Part shown: piece after piece, positions 9,045-22,641 of the stretch
Layout of the letters: each line of letters starts with the position of its first letter
Numbering within the stretch: position 1 is the first letter of the stretch
Assembly: GCA_965277405.1 (NCBI GenBank)
Contig: OZ255726.1
Span: 1,248,001 to 1,312,000, forward strand
Source of the DNA: Gammaproteobacteria bacterium
GTDB lineage: Bacteria > Pseudomonadota > Gammaproteobacteria > G965277405
Direction of reading: 5' to 3'
DNA: 64,000 bases
Program-made: the position numbers and the translations under genes
Notes under the pieces: generated by a model
Databases searched by the model: none
What the model was told of the DNA's origin: nothing
The model's input: only the letters and a program-made list of their open reading frames with translations

Positions 9045-9773
9045 TTCGTTGTCGTGCTTAGCAATTATTTTTCGCAGTTTGCGCCTGCCTTTATGGCGAA
9101 TGTCTTCGCCTGCTATCACGTAATATAAGCTAACAACGATATTACAGACATGGTCACCGATGCGTTCTAGCGAGCGTGCAACCAATGATACTTGGATGTT
9201 ATGGCGTAAGTTTGCCTCATCATCACTCAACATATTCAAAGGCAGCAATGCTTGACGAGTCATTTCATCGACATTTCGATCCATTTTTATAACATTTGCG
9301 GCATCTTCTAAATTCAGTCTTGCAAACGAGTCTAACGCCAGCGTTAGCATTGTATCTACATGCGCTAAGACTGGGGTTAAAAAACTTCTTGTCTGTTCGA
9401 GTTGGTTCATACCCGCATCATCTAATACCAGTTCGGCAACTCTGGTAAGCTCATCGCCAATACGCTCTAGGTCTGAAGTAATTTTAATACCTGCTATCAA
9501 TAAGCGTAAATCTCCAGCGATTGGTTGTTGTGTGGCGATGGTGTTCACACAACTTTCGTTAATATCCAGATCAAGGCGGTCGATAATCTCATCGTTATCG
9601 ATGATTTCGTTGGCTTTAGCTATGCTCAATTCATCGAGTGCTTGTTGTGATAAGGCGATTTGATTTTCAATAATTCCTCCAAGCTTGAGGATGTTTGCAA
9701 AAATATCGGTGAGCTCCTGGTTAAAACGCTCAGATATATGACGTTGAAATGCGACTTGTCGTGTTGTATCCAT
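9042..9773 (-). CDS. phoU: Phosphate transport system regulator PhoU
   Basis: QPIAGDLR, DLERIGDE and LERIGDH motifs; start taken at MDTTRQ. Confidence 0.92.
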   Translation of the reverse strand: MDTTRQVAFQRHISERFNQELTDIFANILKLGGIIENQIALSQQALDELSIAKANEIIDNDEIIDRLDLDINESCVNTIATQQPIAGDLRLLIAGIKITSDLERIGDELTRVAELVLDDAGMNQLEQTRSFLTPVLAHVDTMLTLALDSFARLNLEDAANVIKMDRNVDEMTRQALLPLNMLSDDEANLRHNIQVSLVARSLERIGDHVCNIVVSLYYVIAGEDIRHKGRRKLRKIIAKHDNE

Positions 9774-9774
9774 A

Positions 9775-10611
9775 TTATCCAAACTTCCCTGTAATGTAGT
9801 TTTCTGTTTCAATTTTCTCGGGTGTGGTGAAGAGCTTTTCTGTGCTTGAATACTCAATCAACTCTCCAAGATACAGGAATGCGGTGTAATCTGATACACG
9901 TGCTGCCTGTTGCATGTTGTGGGTCACAATCACAATTGTAAATTGATTGCGCAGTTCAAAAATCAATTCTTCGATATGCAGTGTAGAAATGGGGTCTAGT
10001 GAAGACGTTGGTTCATCGAGCAATAAAATTTCAGGTTCCAGTGCGATTGCTCTGGCTATTACTAAGCGCTGTTGCTGTCCACCTGATATTCCTAATGCAT
10101 TTTCATGCAAGCGGTCTTTCACTTCACCCCATAGTCCTGCGCTTTTGAGTGAGTGCTCGACACGGTCTGTAAGTTCACCTTTGTTGTTCTTGCCTTGAAT
10201 GCGCAGCCCATACGCAACGTTTTCAAAAATTGTTTTTGGAAATGGATTTGGCTTTTGGAACACCATGCCAATGCGGCGGCGTAATTCACTGACGTTGACG
10301 CGTTGATCATAAATGTCTTCATCATTAATTTTGATGGTTCCTTCAAGTTGAATTCCATCAACAAGATCATTAATTCTGTTGTAACAACGCAGTAATGTTG
10401 ATTTACCACAACCACTAGGACCGATAAATGCTGTCACCTTTTTCTCACCAATATCCAGCGAGATGTTTTTCAACGCCTTGCTTACTCCATCGTATGATAA
10501 TGATAGGTTTTCAGTTCTTATAACAATGTTTTCATTGTTGATATCAAGATTTTTTTCAACCCCTTTAACTGATTGGGTGAAACTCTGAGTTCTTTGGTCG
10601 CGTAGATTCAT
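9775..10611 (-). CDS. pstB: Phosphate ABC transporter ATP-binding protein
   Basis: [28 protein letters not shown] and [13 protein letters not shown]. Confidence 0.95.
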   Translation of the reverse strand: MNLRDQRTQSFTQSVKGVEKNLDINNENIVIRTENLSLSYDGVSKALKNISLDIGEKKVTAFIGPSGCGKSTLLRCYNRINDLVDGIQLEGTIKINDEDIYDQRVNVSELRRRIGMVFQKPNPFPKTIFENVAYGLRIQGKNNKGELTDRVEHSLKSAGLWGEVKDRLHENALGISGGQQQRLVIARAIALEPEILLLDEPTSSLDPISTLHIEELIFELRNQFTIVIVTHNMQQAARVSDYTAFLYLGELIEYSSTEKLFTTPEKIETENYITGKFG

Positions 10612-10614
10612 AAT

Positions 10615-12249
10615 TTAGTTATCAAGCATTTTATATTTTTCACGCAAACGATTACGTAACCATACGGCGGTTAAATTCAAAGCAACAACAACCAGCACTA
10701 ACAATAAGGCTGTTGCATACACAAGTGGTCGCGTTGCATCGACGTTCGGGCTTTGAAATCCGACATCGTAAATATGAAAGCCAAGGTGCATAAACTTTCT
10801 ATCAAGATGGATAAATGGTGCTGTTGCATCGATGACTAAGTCTGGAGCTAGTTTCACAACACCGACGAGCATCAATGGTGCAACTTCACCTGCTGCACGC
10901 GCGATTGCCAAAATGAGTCCTGTCATCATTGCTGGGCTAGACATTGGCAGCACAACTTTCCACAGAGTTTCAAACTTTGTTGCCCCGAGTGCGAGTGAGC
11001 CTTCACGCAGGTGGGACGGTACCCGCGTCAGCCCTTCTTCTGTAGAGACAATAACCACAGGTAAGGTGAGTAACGCCAACGTTAATGATGACCAGAGTAT
11101 GCCTGGAGAGCCAAAGGTTGGTGCTGGCAATGATTCAGGGAAGAACAAAGTATCTATTGTTCCTCCAAGAAAATACACAAAAAACCCAAGACCGAATACG
11201 CCGTACACCACCGACGGCACTCCAGCAAGATTGTTGACCGAAATACGTATCAGGCGGGTAAAAATATTTTGCTTTGCATATTCACGCAAGTAAATCGCGG
11301 CGACTACGCCCATTGGCGTTACGAAAATTGTCATTATGAAGATCATCGCCACTGTGCCAAAAATTGCTGGGAATACTCCACCTTCGGTGTTTGCCTCGCG
11401 CGGGTCCATTGTGAGGAAATCTTTAATTTTGATCAAAAAGAAACCTATCTTATCGATGAAACCGAATGTATTTGGCTGGTACAGCCGCACCACTTTTCCT
11501 AGTGGAATCGAGAGTTTTTCTCCATGGATTGATTCCACTTGTATTGCGCAAAGTTCATTTATTTGTTGGTTGAGGTTACCAAGCGTTGCCAACTGTTGCT
11601 CGTATACTGCATCCAGTTGTCGCTGCTTGTTATCAAGTGTTGCTGTCTGTGTAGGGAGTTCTTTACCAGATAAATCTATTTTTTTTCTTTCAAGGCGTAA
11701 TGCTTCAATAAGCTGATTGGTCTTGCTTATTCCGCGCTGTTCGAGCGCATGTCGCTGTACGACCATTTGTTGTGCATCTGCAATGTCAGTATGTAATGCA
11801 GTTATGCGAATTGATGAATATTCATTGTTACACGCATAGTTTTTTTCTTGCATAAATCCAATGAAATTACCATATTCCTGCCGTTCAATGACGACTACAT
11901 TTTGCGGGGCTTGTGTGGTAATAACTTGATCGTGCCATATCCACTTAAAATCTATGCCGTGTAGTCTCCTGTTACCGATTTTTATCAACATCCTGCGTCG
12001 ATTTGCATCTTGTGCTGGATCATAGCCTTGCTCGTCTTCGACAACCTCACCTAAGATCACATGCTGCTGTTGATCATCGCCGACCAAAGTAAATTGTTGG
12101 ACTGCTGTTGGCCAAAAATAGCGAATTCCTTCATAGGCAATCATCCCGATCAGCCCAACGACCATTATTATTGAGATAGAAACCGTTGAGGCATATAACC
12201 ACAGCCACGGACTGCCGTTGGTGAGCCAATTGTTTTGCTTGAGATTCAT
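10615..12249 (-). CDS. pstA: Phosphate ABC transporter permease PstA (long form)
   Basis: PREANTEGGVFPAIFGT, NLAGVPS and RAAGEVAPL. Confidence 0.92.
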   Translation of the reverse strand: MNLKQNNWLTNGSPWLWLYASTVSISIIMVVGLIGMIAYEGIRYFWPTAVQQFTLVGDDQQQHVILGEVVEDEQGYDPAQDANRRRMLIKIGNRRLHGIDFKWIWHDQVITTQAPQNVVVIERQEYGNFIGFMQEKNYACNNEYSSIRITALHTDIADAQQMVVQRHALEQRGISKTNQLIEALRLERKKIDLSGKELPTQTATLDNKQRQLDAVYEQQLATLGNLNQQINELCAIQVESIHGEKLSIPLGKVVRLYQPNTFGFIDKIGFFLIKIKDFLTMDPREANTEGGVFPAIFGTVAMIFIMTIFVTPMGVVAAIYLREYAKQNIFTRLIRISVNNLAGVPSVVYGVFGLGFFVYFLGGTIDTLFFPESLPAPTFGSPGILWSSLTLALLTLPVVIVSTEEGLTRVPSHLREGSLALGATKFETLWKVVLPMSSPAMMTGLILAIARAAGEVAPLMLVGVVKLAPDLVIDATAPFIHLDRKFMHLGFHIYDVGFQSPNVDATRPLVYATALLLVLVVVALNLTAVWLRNRLREKYKMLDN

Positions 12250-12325
12250 GAGCGACCTTGGGTGAGGGTGCTGAACGCAGCGATGCTTGTTCTAGCTGCG
12301 ATACGAAGCGATTTTATCAACTGTT

Positions 12326-14638
12326 TCATAACGAACTATACTTTTTTCTCAAGCGTTGCCGCACAACTTCCGCAACAGTATTCAGCGCAAAAGTCAGCAC
12401 TAACAGCACCAATCCCGATAAAAACAAGATGCGATAGTGGGTACTCCCAAGCGCAGACTCTGGCATTTCTACAGCAATGTTTGCCGAGAGTGTTCTCATC
12501 CCGCTAAACATATTAAAATCCATAATTGGGGTGTTTCCTGTCGCCATCAGCACAATCATTGTTTCGCCTACTGCGCGACCAAGACCGATCATAACAGCAG
12601 AAAATAACGCAGGGCTCGCCGTAGGTAACACCACCCCTATCATCGACTGCCAACGCGTTGCTCCAAGTGCTAATGAGCCATTAACAAGATGTTTTGGCAC
12701 AGCAAATACTGCGTCTTCGGTGATCGAGAATATTGTTGGGATAACTGCAAACCCCATTGCAAGACCAACTATAAGTGCATTTCTCTGGTCAAAGTCGACC
12801 CCTAAGGCATCTGCTAGCCAGAGGATAAAATCACCACCAAAAAACACTGCTTCTAACGTACTTTGCGTTGAAAATATCAATGCCACTGCAGCTATCACCC
12901 ACGGAATCATAATGACTTCTTTGTGGTTTGCCAAGAACCCTTCTTGTTTCACCGCTCGAGCAACGACGTTATCCCATAGCCATCCACCCGCGATTATTAT
13001 TGGCAGCATCAATATTACTAACAGCAGCACCCCAAGCAACTTGTCTTCGACTATCGGTGCCAGCCATAGCCCTGCCAAAAACCCAAGAATTACTGTTGGC
13101 AGGGCTTCCATGACTTCTATTGTTGGCTTCACCCATTGACGCATATGATTCGACATAAAGAATGCTGTATATATCGCACCCATAATCGCCAAAGGCATCG
13201 CGACAAGCATTGCATACAATGCCGCTTTCATCGTCCCTATTGTCAGTGGTACGAAGCTGTATTTTGGTTCCAAGTCATTGCTTGCTGATGATGATTGCCA
13301 GACATAATCTTTTTCTGGATAACTCTCATACCAAATTGCATTCCATAAACTCGTAAAGCTAAATTCTGGATATTGATTATCTATGGCAACTGTAAACAAC
13401 TGTCCGTTGGCATCTGTTGCTACTAATGCGTCTCCTCGCGGGCTAAAATTAATATCATCAATTGCTGCATCGCTTATTTTTTCGTGCAGCAGCAACTCAC
13501 CACTTGGCGCATATATTATAGATACTGAGCCACTGGTGTCTCCAACGGCAAATACTTTGCGCGCATATTCACTGTTGAGTATTGTTGCTGCGGCATCTGT
13601 TGTTGCAAATGTACGGATGACTTGGAGTTTGTTGGCACTGCTTCCTGCCACTGGTGCGTGGAACAACTGGGCGACTACTCCATTTTCTTGAGCAACAAGT
13701 AACGATATTTTGCCAACAAGAAAATTTGCAGCGGTGATTGGTAGCAGATCAACCGTTGCGTTAATCGTAATATTCCCTATATCACGGATGTCATATTCGA
13801 TAACACTTCCTGCATTGCTGACAACATACAACCAAGATTTAAGGGCATCAATGCCGACAAAAACCACGTCTTCAGTGTTCAATCTATTAATGAATGACTG
13901 CTGTTTATCAAGCTCTAGAGTTATCGAGCCAGCAAACATCGGCTGTTGTGCGTTATAGCGTTGGACTACTATTTTCCCATTATCCAGCACAGCAACAAGC
14001 AACAATTCTCCCGCTTCAGTATGCGCGTTGACTGATGATATTGTAGCTGTATCAAACTGTATTAGCCCGTCTCCATATGGGTAGACAATACTAGGTAGTA
14101 TGGTGCGTTGTTGTGCGTCGTATACAATAGTAAATTGTATTGCAAATAATAACACTGCACCGTTGCTCAAGCCTATTGCATGCATATCTGCGTTGTCAGC
14201 GATGCGGGCATGGGAGACAATCGTACTGCCTATTGGAATTTGTAATTGCTGAGTGCTTTCTTGCACGCCAGTGACTAAGTTGCGCATCACTACGGCGCCG
14301 TCTGCGTATATGAATACTCCTTTACTGTTGTATTCATCAGTTGTCATATACACCAATTCGTTGTTGAGGCGTTCAATCGTTGTTTGCGTCTTGACACTAA
14401 TGCTAGGCTGACTCAGCAATGGTACGACAACATAGCCAAGAAAAAAAAATATCAATACTATTGCGGCAATTACGGCAAACCCACCACCTGTCACACAATA
14501 TGTCCAAAGCGTGTTAATAAAGTAGCGTTTACGCAAGCGTTTATCGGAACTGCCTGTGTATAGTGAATTTTTAACGATGGTTGTTCTCCCTATGTATGCA
14601 GCTATAATCATCATAAACCGCATCTTTATTTTGACCAA
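12326..14638 (-). CDS. pstC: Phosphate ABC transporter permease PstC (long form with periplasmic domain); start uncertain
   Basis: WYESYPE..WQSSSA, GLGRAVGETMIVLMATGN and RTLSANIAVE. Confidence 0.9.
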   Translation of the reverse strand: MVKIKMRFMMIIAAYIGRTTIVKNSLYTGSSDKRLRKRYFINTLWTYCVTGGGFAVIAAIVLIFFFLGYVVVPLLSQPSISVKTQTTIERLNNELVYMTTDEYNSKGVFIYADGAVVMRNLVTGVQESTQQLQIPIGSTIVSHARIADNADMHAIGLSNGAVLLFAIQFTIVYDAQQRTILPSIVYPYGDGLIQFDTATISSVNAHTEAGELLLVAVLDNGKIVVQRYNAQQPMFAGSITLELDKQQSFINRLNTEDVVFVGIDALKSWLYVVSNAGSVIEYDIRDIGNITINATVDLLPITAANFLVGKISLLVAQENGVVAQLFHAPVAGSSANKLQVIRTFATTDAAATILNSEYARKVFAVGDTSGSVSIIYAPSGELLLHEKISDAAIDDINFSPRGDALVATDANGQLFTVAIDNQYPEFSFTSLWNAIWYESYPEKDYVWQSSSASNDLEPKYSFVPLTIGTMKAALYAMLVAMPLAIMGAIYTAFFMSNHMRQWVKPTIEVMEALPTVILGFLAGLWLAPIVEDKLLGVLLLVILMLPIIIAGGWLWDNVVARAVKQEGFLANHKEVIMIPWVIAAVALIFSTQSTLEAVFFGGDFILWLADALGVDFDQRNALIVGLAMGFAVIPTIFSITEDAVFAVPKHLVNGSLALGATRWQSMIGVVLPTASPALFSAVMIGLGRAVGETMIVLMATGNTPIMDFNMFSGMRTLSANIAVEMPESALGSTHYRILFLSGLVLLVLTFALNTVAEVVRQRLRKKYSSL

Positions 14639-14696
14639 AATATGAACGTTTACGTTAATTATTCAATATTTTTTTATTTTGATATGTGTTGATGGC

Positions 14697-14735
14697 AAAA
14701 AAAAACCCGCCTGTGAATTTCACAAGCGGGTTTTT
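14697..14735. terminator. Intrinsic terminator after 5S rRNA (bidirectional-looking)
   Basis: AAAAACCCGC-CTGTGAATTTCACA-AGCGGGTTTTT hairpin with a long U-tract on the minus strand. Confidence 0.85.
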
Positions 14736-14741
14736 AAATAA

Positions 14742-14860
14742 AGCCTGACAATGTCCTATTCTCACATGGGGAAGCCCCACACTACCATTGGCGATACAAC
14801 GTTTCACTTCTGAGTTCGGTATGGATTCAGGTGGTTCCATTGCTCTGTGTTCGTCAGGCA
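14742..14860 (-). rRNA. rrf: 5S rRNA
   Basis: TGCCTGACGAAC...CCGAACTCAGAAGTGAAAC...GATGGTAGTGTGGGG-like core, with terminal helix GCCTGAC/GTCAGGC. Confidence 0.95.
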
Positions 14861-14936
14861 ATCTGTATACGCTATTGCGTAAATTCTGTTATATGCAAAG
14901 AAATAGTTAGTTCATCAATAAGTTTTTGGCGTTATA

Positions 14937-17809
<2,873 letters not shown>

Positions 17810-17955
17810 ATATAACCCAAAAACTTATTGTGTTATGATCACGCCAACACGCGCTTGTTGTGAACTAAACTATTTCTAAATTGTGCAATAACATCTAAAC
17901 CAAGGTTTAGAAATCAAACGACACCATGAATATCGTTTGATTTATAAACCCTTGT

Positions 17956-18031
17956 TGGTGGAGCTACGCGGGATCGAACCGCGGACCTCCTGGATGCAAA
18001 CCAGGCGCTCTCCCAGCTGAGCTATAGCCCC
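17956..18031 (-). tRNA. tRNA-Ala(TGC)
   Basis: GGGGCTATAGCTCAGCTGGGAGAGCG...TTTGCAT...GGTTCGATCCC...CCACCA. Confidence 0.97.
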
Positions 18032-18084
18032 TTAGCGACTTTCAATCTTGTTTCAAGATTATGCCTAGATACCGTATCCATATA

Positions 18085-18161
<77 letters not shown>

Positions 18162-18238
18162 ATTGGGTCAGTCGCCTTACGTTTTGCAGTGCTTCTTTCA
18201 TCACTTAAAACACAGGTGAGCCACAACATGGATGGCGG

Positions 18239-18290
18239 ATTATAGGAATGAGTTGGCAACGGTCAACAGTTAAAATAACTATTTCAACTA
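18239..18290 (-). promoter_or_regulatory. rrn P1-like sigma70 promoter
   Basis: TTGACC (18261-18266), 16-bp spacer, TATAAT (18239-18244), GC-rich discriminator CCGCC and an AT-rich UP-like tract upstream. Confidence 0.8.
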
Positions 18291-18300
18291 AATCATCACC

Positions 18301-18900
18301 CTATGAATTTTTTTCGCTGTCTGGCTCTACCTTGTCCCATTGCCATTGGCGCAATAACATTTTTATTTTGATATTCTGATGTGTGTTGGTTATATATATT
18401 CGCGCAGGAAGTAATATGTTGTTTATCGTTCGCCTTTCAGCAATTTCAACGGTCACCCCATCATACGTATATGTTTGCAGCAACTTGTTTGCGGCGTATG
18501 CAACTGTTGTTTCATCATTTTGTGTTATTGCAACGCCAAGCAATAGCAATTTGAGCGTTTTCCATGGTATCGCCACGTGTAAGTTATCAATCACCCATTG
18601 ATCAACTGGCTGCGTCCGCACCTCTTTCCCAACAGTGAGCCGTGCTTGATTCCCTGTTGCTACCATTTTCAGCAAAACATTACCAAATGCGTCAAAAGAC
18701 CATATTGATGTTTGTTTGCGATTATTATGTATATGCATATCAAGGTGATACATGGATGTTGGCGTATTGATTTGCACCCTCATCTTCACCTGCCAATCAG
18801 TAATATCAGCAATGTTGGCATCTTGCAAACCCAGCGGCTGCAGTGCCGCGCAGGAGCTTAACAACACCATCATCACTAAACTTAATAAGCTGCGTTTCAT
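18301..18900 (-). CDS. LolB-like outer-membrane lipoprotein (divergent)
   Basis: Lipobox LSSC, ~200 aa, and C-terminal LPARIYIT...IKIKMLLRQW resembling LolB. Confidence 0.6.
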   Translation of the reverse strand: MKRSLLSLVMMVLLSSCAALQPLGLQDANIADITDWQVKMRVQINTPTSMYHLDMHIHNNRKQTSIWSFDAFGNVLLKMVATGNQARLTVGKEVRTQPVDQWVIDNLHVAIPWKTLKLLLLGVAITQNDETTVAYAANKLLQTYTYDGVTVEIAERRTINNILLPARIYITNTHQNIKIKMLLRQWQWDKVEPDSEKNS

Positions 18901-20429
18901 ATTCTAAAGTAATCTTCGTAAAATCCCTCAAAGCTTTGGTATTGGTGTGTTTGTTGCCGCCACAGTTCAGCTGCGTCTATATCAGAGCGTTGTGCTTTTT
19001 GCGCTAATTCAGCAAAATCAGATCGCTTGGCTATTTGCAATAGCCGTTGTTGGTGTTGGTTGCTGAGGTCGTCGATATATTCATTATGCTCAATTCTGTC
19101 GCTCATTAATTTGCTGCGCACGATATTTGCAGGTAGCATTTTAGGGTTGTTGACTTTATAGATTTGTGCTGCAACTGCATCAACAAATGTTGCCCCCATG
19201 TGTTCAGCCATTGGTAGTAGATCTTGTAAAAACCGAATACATTGTGCGGTAACAGTTTTCATTGCCAATGTGCCAGTTGCTATTCCAATAAATTGCTTGC
19301 GAATACTATGACATTCTTCGGCATTAATTCTTGGGCTGGGTGCGAACAAACAGCTATGAATAAGCAATACTAAAAAAGTAATGGTTGATTCATCAATTCC
19401 TAGTGGCAGCAAAGGGTTGACATCAATATTTCTCAATTCTATATACTCTACACCAGAATCCATTAATACTCGAACTGGTCGCACATTGCTTTGGCTATTT
19501 TTTGGTCGTATCAGGGTATAAAATTCATTTTCTATTTGCAGTAGATTCGTGCTCAACTGCGCATATTCACCGTTTTTTTTCTGCCCGATTTTCCTGTACG
19601 TGTCGACTGGCTCAGCTAATCCTTGATGCATACTAGATATATAGTCAGAGATGTCATTTAAGCATGGCTCAAAATTTGCTTGAATACTAGAGCTGTAACC
19701 CAGTGAACTCATCCTTAGACTATGTGCTGTTGCAGATACTAGCGTATGTGTATTGGTAGCACGCAGTTGTAAATTGCTTTGCCGTAATCGCGCATTATTG
19801 ATTAGGGAACGGTCAAAGCCACAAGTACTGCCAAACAGATAACCAACCAACCAACCAACGCGCCGGTAATTACGAATAATATGGAAGTACATATCATTCT
19901 TGTCATAGTTTTTTCTATTGTCTTTGAGTTGGTTGCCAACATGGAGTTGTTGTATCCATTGCGTATCAAATGAAATGTTGCAATGAATTCCAGCTATAAT
20001 TTGCATGCGTTTACCGTAGCGCACCGACAACCCTCTGCGATAGATTTCTTTCGCGCGAGCAATATATGACGGTCCGTATGACGCAATATCTATCTCATTG
20101 TCATCATCAATGCGCACGGGCATGCTCCCAGCCCATAGCTGTTCATCATATTTATTCAGGATGTATTGTACATTTGCGTGCAAATACTCTAGCCGTTCGA
20201 TGGCAGCTGTTACTGTTGAATATGGTTCTGTTACCAGCTCTAATAAACTTTCAGAAAAATCTGTAGTGATGTTTGGATGGCAGAGCTTATGGCCAAATTC
20301 GCGGGGATGGGGTGTTGTTGCCAAGCGACCAGCAGTTGTACGCAGACCTTCTTTTTCGATACCTACTTTAGATTGGGCACCATTTTTTAAAACTACCTGC
20401 CAATCAAGCTTAGGGATTGAATACAGCAC
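18897..20429 (-). CDS. gshA: Glutamate-cysteine ligase
   Basis: GIEKEGLR, ITTDFSESLLELVT, SLRMSSLGY, LQIENEFY and GVEYIELR. Confidence 0.93.
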   Translation of the reverse strand: MLYSIPKLDWQVVLKNGAQSKVGIEKEGLRTTAGRLATTPHPREFGHKLCHPNITTDFSESLLELVTEPYSTVTAAIERLEYLHANVQYILNKYDEQLWAGSMPVRIDDDNEIDIASYGPSYIARAKEIYRRGLSVRYGKRMQIIAGIHCNISFDTQWIQQLHVGNQLKDNRKNYDKNDMYFHIIRNYRRVGWLVGYLFGSTCGFDRSLINNARLRQSNLQLRATNTHTLVSATAHSLRMSSLGYSSSIQANFEPCLNDISDYISSMHQGLAEPVDTYRKIGQKKNGEYAQLSTNLLQIENEFYTLIRPKNSQSNVRPVRVLMDSGVEYIELRNIDVNPLLPLGIDESTITFLVLLIHSCLFAPSPRINAEECHSIRKQFIGIATGTLAMKTVTAQCIRFLQDLLPMAEHMGATFVDAVAAQIYKVNNPKMLPANIVRSKLMSDRIEHNEYIDDLSNQHQQRLLQIAKRSDFAELAQKAQRSDIDAAELWRQQTHQYQSFEGFYEDYFRI

Positions 20430-20480
20430 TGTATTGCCTCAAACAACTGCAAGATTATCTCCTGCAAAGTCGATTATTAT

Positions 20481-21281
20481 TTATTGGGTAACGGCTGATT
20501 GTGCAGCAACACCAACTGACTTCTGCGTTACATTGGCTACTGGTTCCGCTGTACCGATTTCCCCTAACTGCAGTTTTGCATGGTCTGACTCTGCCACTAT
20601 ACGCACTTCAACACGGCGATTAAAACTTCTATTTGCTGGTGTATCGCTATCACGAGCGGGGTATAGGCTGCCATGAGCATATACAAAAATGCGTTCTTCT
20701 GGGACACCTTTATGTATTATATATTCCAATGTGCGCACGGCTCTACGTCCTGCTATGCGTGAATTAAACAAAGCCCTTTTATCCACTGACTCTATTTCGT
20801 TGACATTTGTATCACTATGCCCTTCTACTAAAATATATTTCACGGTAGTTATTATCGGTGTATCCATAGGTTGGGTTGCTTCGTCAAGCGTAGCTGTTGC
20901 AAAATATTCTCGAACAATGCTATCGAGCTTTAATTGCTGGACATCATTCAAATACGATGAGTCGTCAGCAAAAAATATAGTGTTGAGGTATTGCAAATCA
21001 TATTCAGCTGCAAAGGTTGTGGCTGTTGGTATCTTATCAGTTTGCCGTAAGTCTGGAACAACATCAGGATATTTCTTGCGCAGTTCATCATAGATCGCAT
21101 AACGCTTTTCTCGCTTACGCTGTGCCTGTTGTTCTTTGGATTTTAGCACCTTTAACTCTTCTGCGTGTTTCTTTTGCATATCGAGTTGTAATATTTGCCG
21201 GTCAGCTGCGGATTGAGGAAGTAACGCGCAGCTATGCATAGTTACAGTAACCATTAAAATCGCTGCTAAATATTTCACCAT
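20481..21281 (-). CDS. OmpA-domain lipoprotein
   Basis: Signal peptide ending MHSC; VEGHSD..., RRA...V and NRRVEV motifs of the OmpA C-terminal domain. Confidence 0.75.
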   Translation of the reverse strand: MVKYLAAILMVTVTMHSCALLPQSAADRQILQLDMQKKHAEELKVLKSKEQQAQRKREKRYAIYDELRKKYPDVVPDLRQTDKIPTATTFAAEYDLQYLNTIFFADDSSYLNDVQQLKLDSIVREYFATATLDEATQPMDTPIITTVKYILVEGHSDTNVNEIESVDKRALFNSRIAGRRAVRTLEYIIHKGVPEERIFVYAHGSLYPARDSDTPANRSFNRRVEVRIVAESDHAKLQLGEIGTAEPVANVTQKSVGVAAQSAVTQ

Positions 21282-21304
21282 CTACGTATTTTTCCAACAC
21301 CACA

Positions 21305-22555
21305 CTATTGCACAAGCACGACTGCTCTTCTGTTCAATGCGCGTTCAACACGGGTCTTACTGGCATTTTTACGATGCTTATCTCCATCCCACTGTAAAAT
21401 CATTGTGTCTGGATTTACACCTTTTCGCGTCAAATATTTTTGGATGGCGACCGCGCGTTTCGCTGAAATTGCACGATTAAACCGCAGTCGTTCAATTTTG
21501 TCATAAATGAAATCATTACTGTCGCTATACCCAGTAATCGTGATGCGCGGGTCTGCTCCGCTAGTTGTAATGCTTTGCACAATTACAGCTAACTTTTGCT
21601 GTTGCACATCATTCAGGTATGAGCTGTATGAATCAAAATATATCGTGTCTGCTTTATCAACATCATACAATGGCGCAAGTTCCGCAGCACTTGGATATAA
21701 GATTGGCTGGCGCTTACTCCGCCTATCACCGTCTATACCGAAACCGTCTACTGTAACATCGTTTTCTATTACTATCTGTCCACCAGCAGGGCTTTTAGCT
21801 CCCAACATATACTCAAGAATCAAACTTAAATACCGGTCTGAGAAGAAATCGACAGGAGTGCTTTTATTATTTGTATCGCGGCGCAATGCAAATTCAGCGC
21901 GTATCCGTATATCTCCGTTTTGCAAAAACTTTACCTGCTGTGGGTCATACATCACCCCAGCACCAAAATTGATATTAAGCGATACCGTCTCGCCAGTGGC
22001 AACGGTTGTATCTGCGGCACCAAATTGTTCTGTCAAATCAAATGTTGTCGCAACAAGGCCAAAGCCGGCTTTCACATATGGAATAATTCCGTGCTTGCGC
22101 ACTAAATTAACTCGCACATTCGCAACAGCTGAAATTATTCGATACGATAAATGACCTGAGGAATTTGTTAAAGCGACGAAATGTCCTTCAAAATCAACTG
22201 TGTACCTAGCACCGAAGTCACGACCGACAAAACCGCTATACCCTAGCCGTGTAGTTGAGCTTGGAACCGGTCCTTCAACTAATCTATTCGGGTCCGATGT
22301 AACAGAGCTTATACCTAAACCAATAAACCAACGATCGCTGCGCTGGAATTCTGAGTCTCCTAGGGTTATACTGGTAATGCGTTGATTATCCTGCAAGTTC
22401 AATTCGCTTAAACTGTCTATAGTACGAACTGTGTCCGTAGAGCTTGCAGCATTGTTGCCAGGAATAATCTCGTCAGCGGCGTATATACTATCTGCACAAA
22501 ACAGCAGCGCTATTATAAAAATACGGTGTCTGGCCGGCAAAAATCGGATTGCCAT
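21305..22555 (-). CDS. OmpA-family outer membrane protein (beta-barrel-like N-part plus OmpA C-domain)
   Basis: Signal peptide, PYVKAGFG barrel motif, ITGYSD and NRRAVV. Confidence 0.75.
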   Translation of the reverse strand: MAIRFLPARHRIFIIALLFCADSIYAADEIIPGNNAASSTDTVRTIDSLSELNLQDNQRITSITLGDSEFQRSDRWFIGLGISSVTSDPNRLVEGPVPSSTTRLGYSGFVGRDFGARYTVDFEGHFVALTNSSGHLSYRIISAVANVRVNLVRKHGIIPYVKAGFGLVATTFDLTEQFGAADTTVATGETVSLNINFGAGVMYDPQQVKFLQNGDIRIRAEFALRRDTNNKSTPVDFFSDRYLSLILEYMLGAKSPAGGQIVIENDVTVDGFGIDGDRRSKRQPILYPSAAELAPLYDVDKADTIYFDSYSSYLNDVQQQKLAVIVQSITTSGADPRITITGYSDSNDFIYDKIERLRFNRAISAKRAVAIQKYLTRKGVNPDTMILQWDGDKHRKNASKTRVERALNRRAVVLVQ

Positions 22556-22641
22556 ATTTCACGAATTATATCAAGTGTGAGAACAAGTAAATACAATGGT
22601 TATTGTTGGTATTCAAGCCAAAAAATTCTTACATTATTTAG

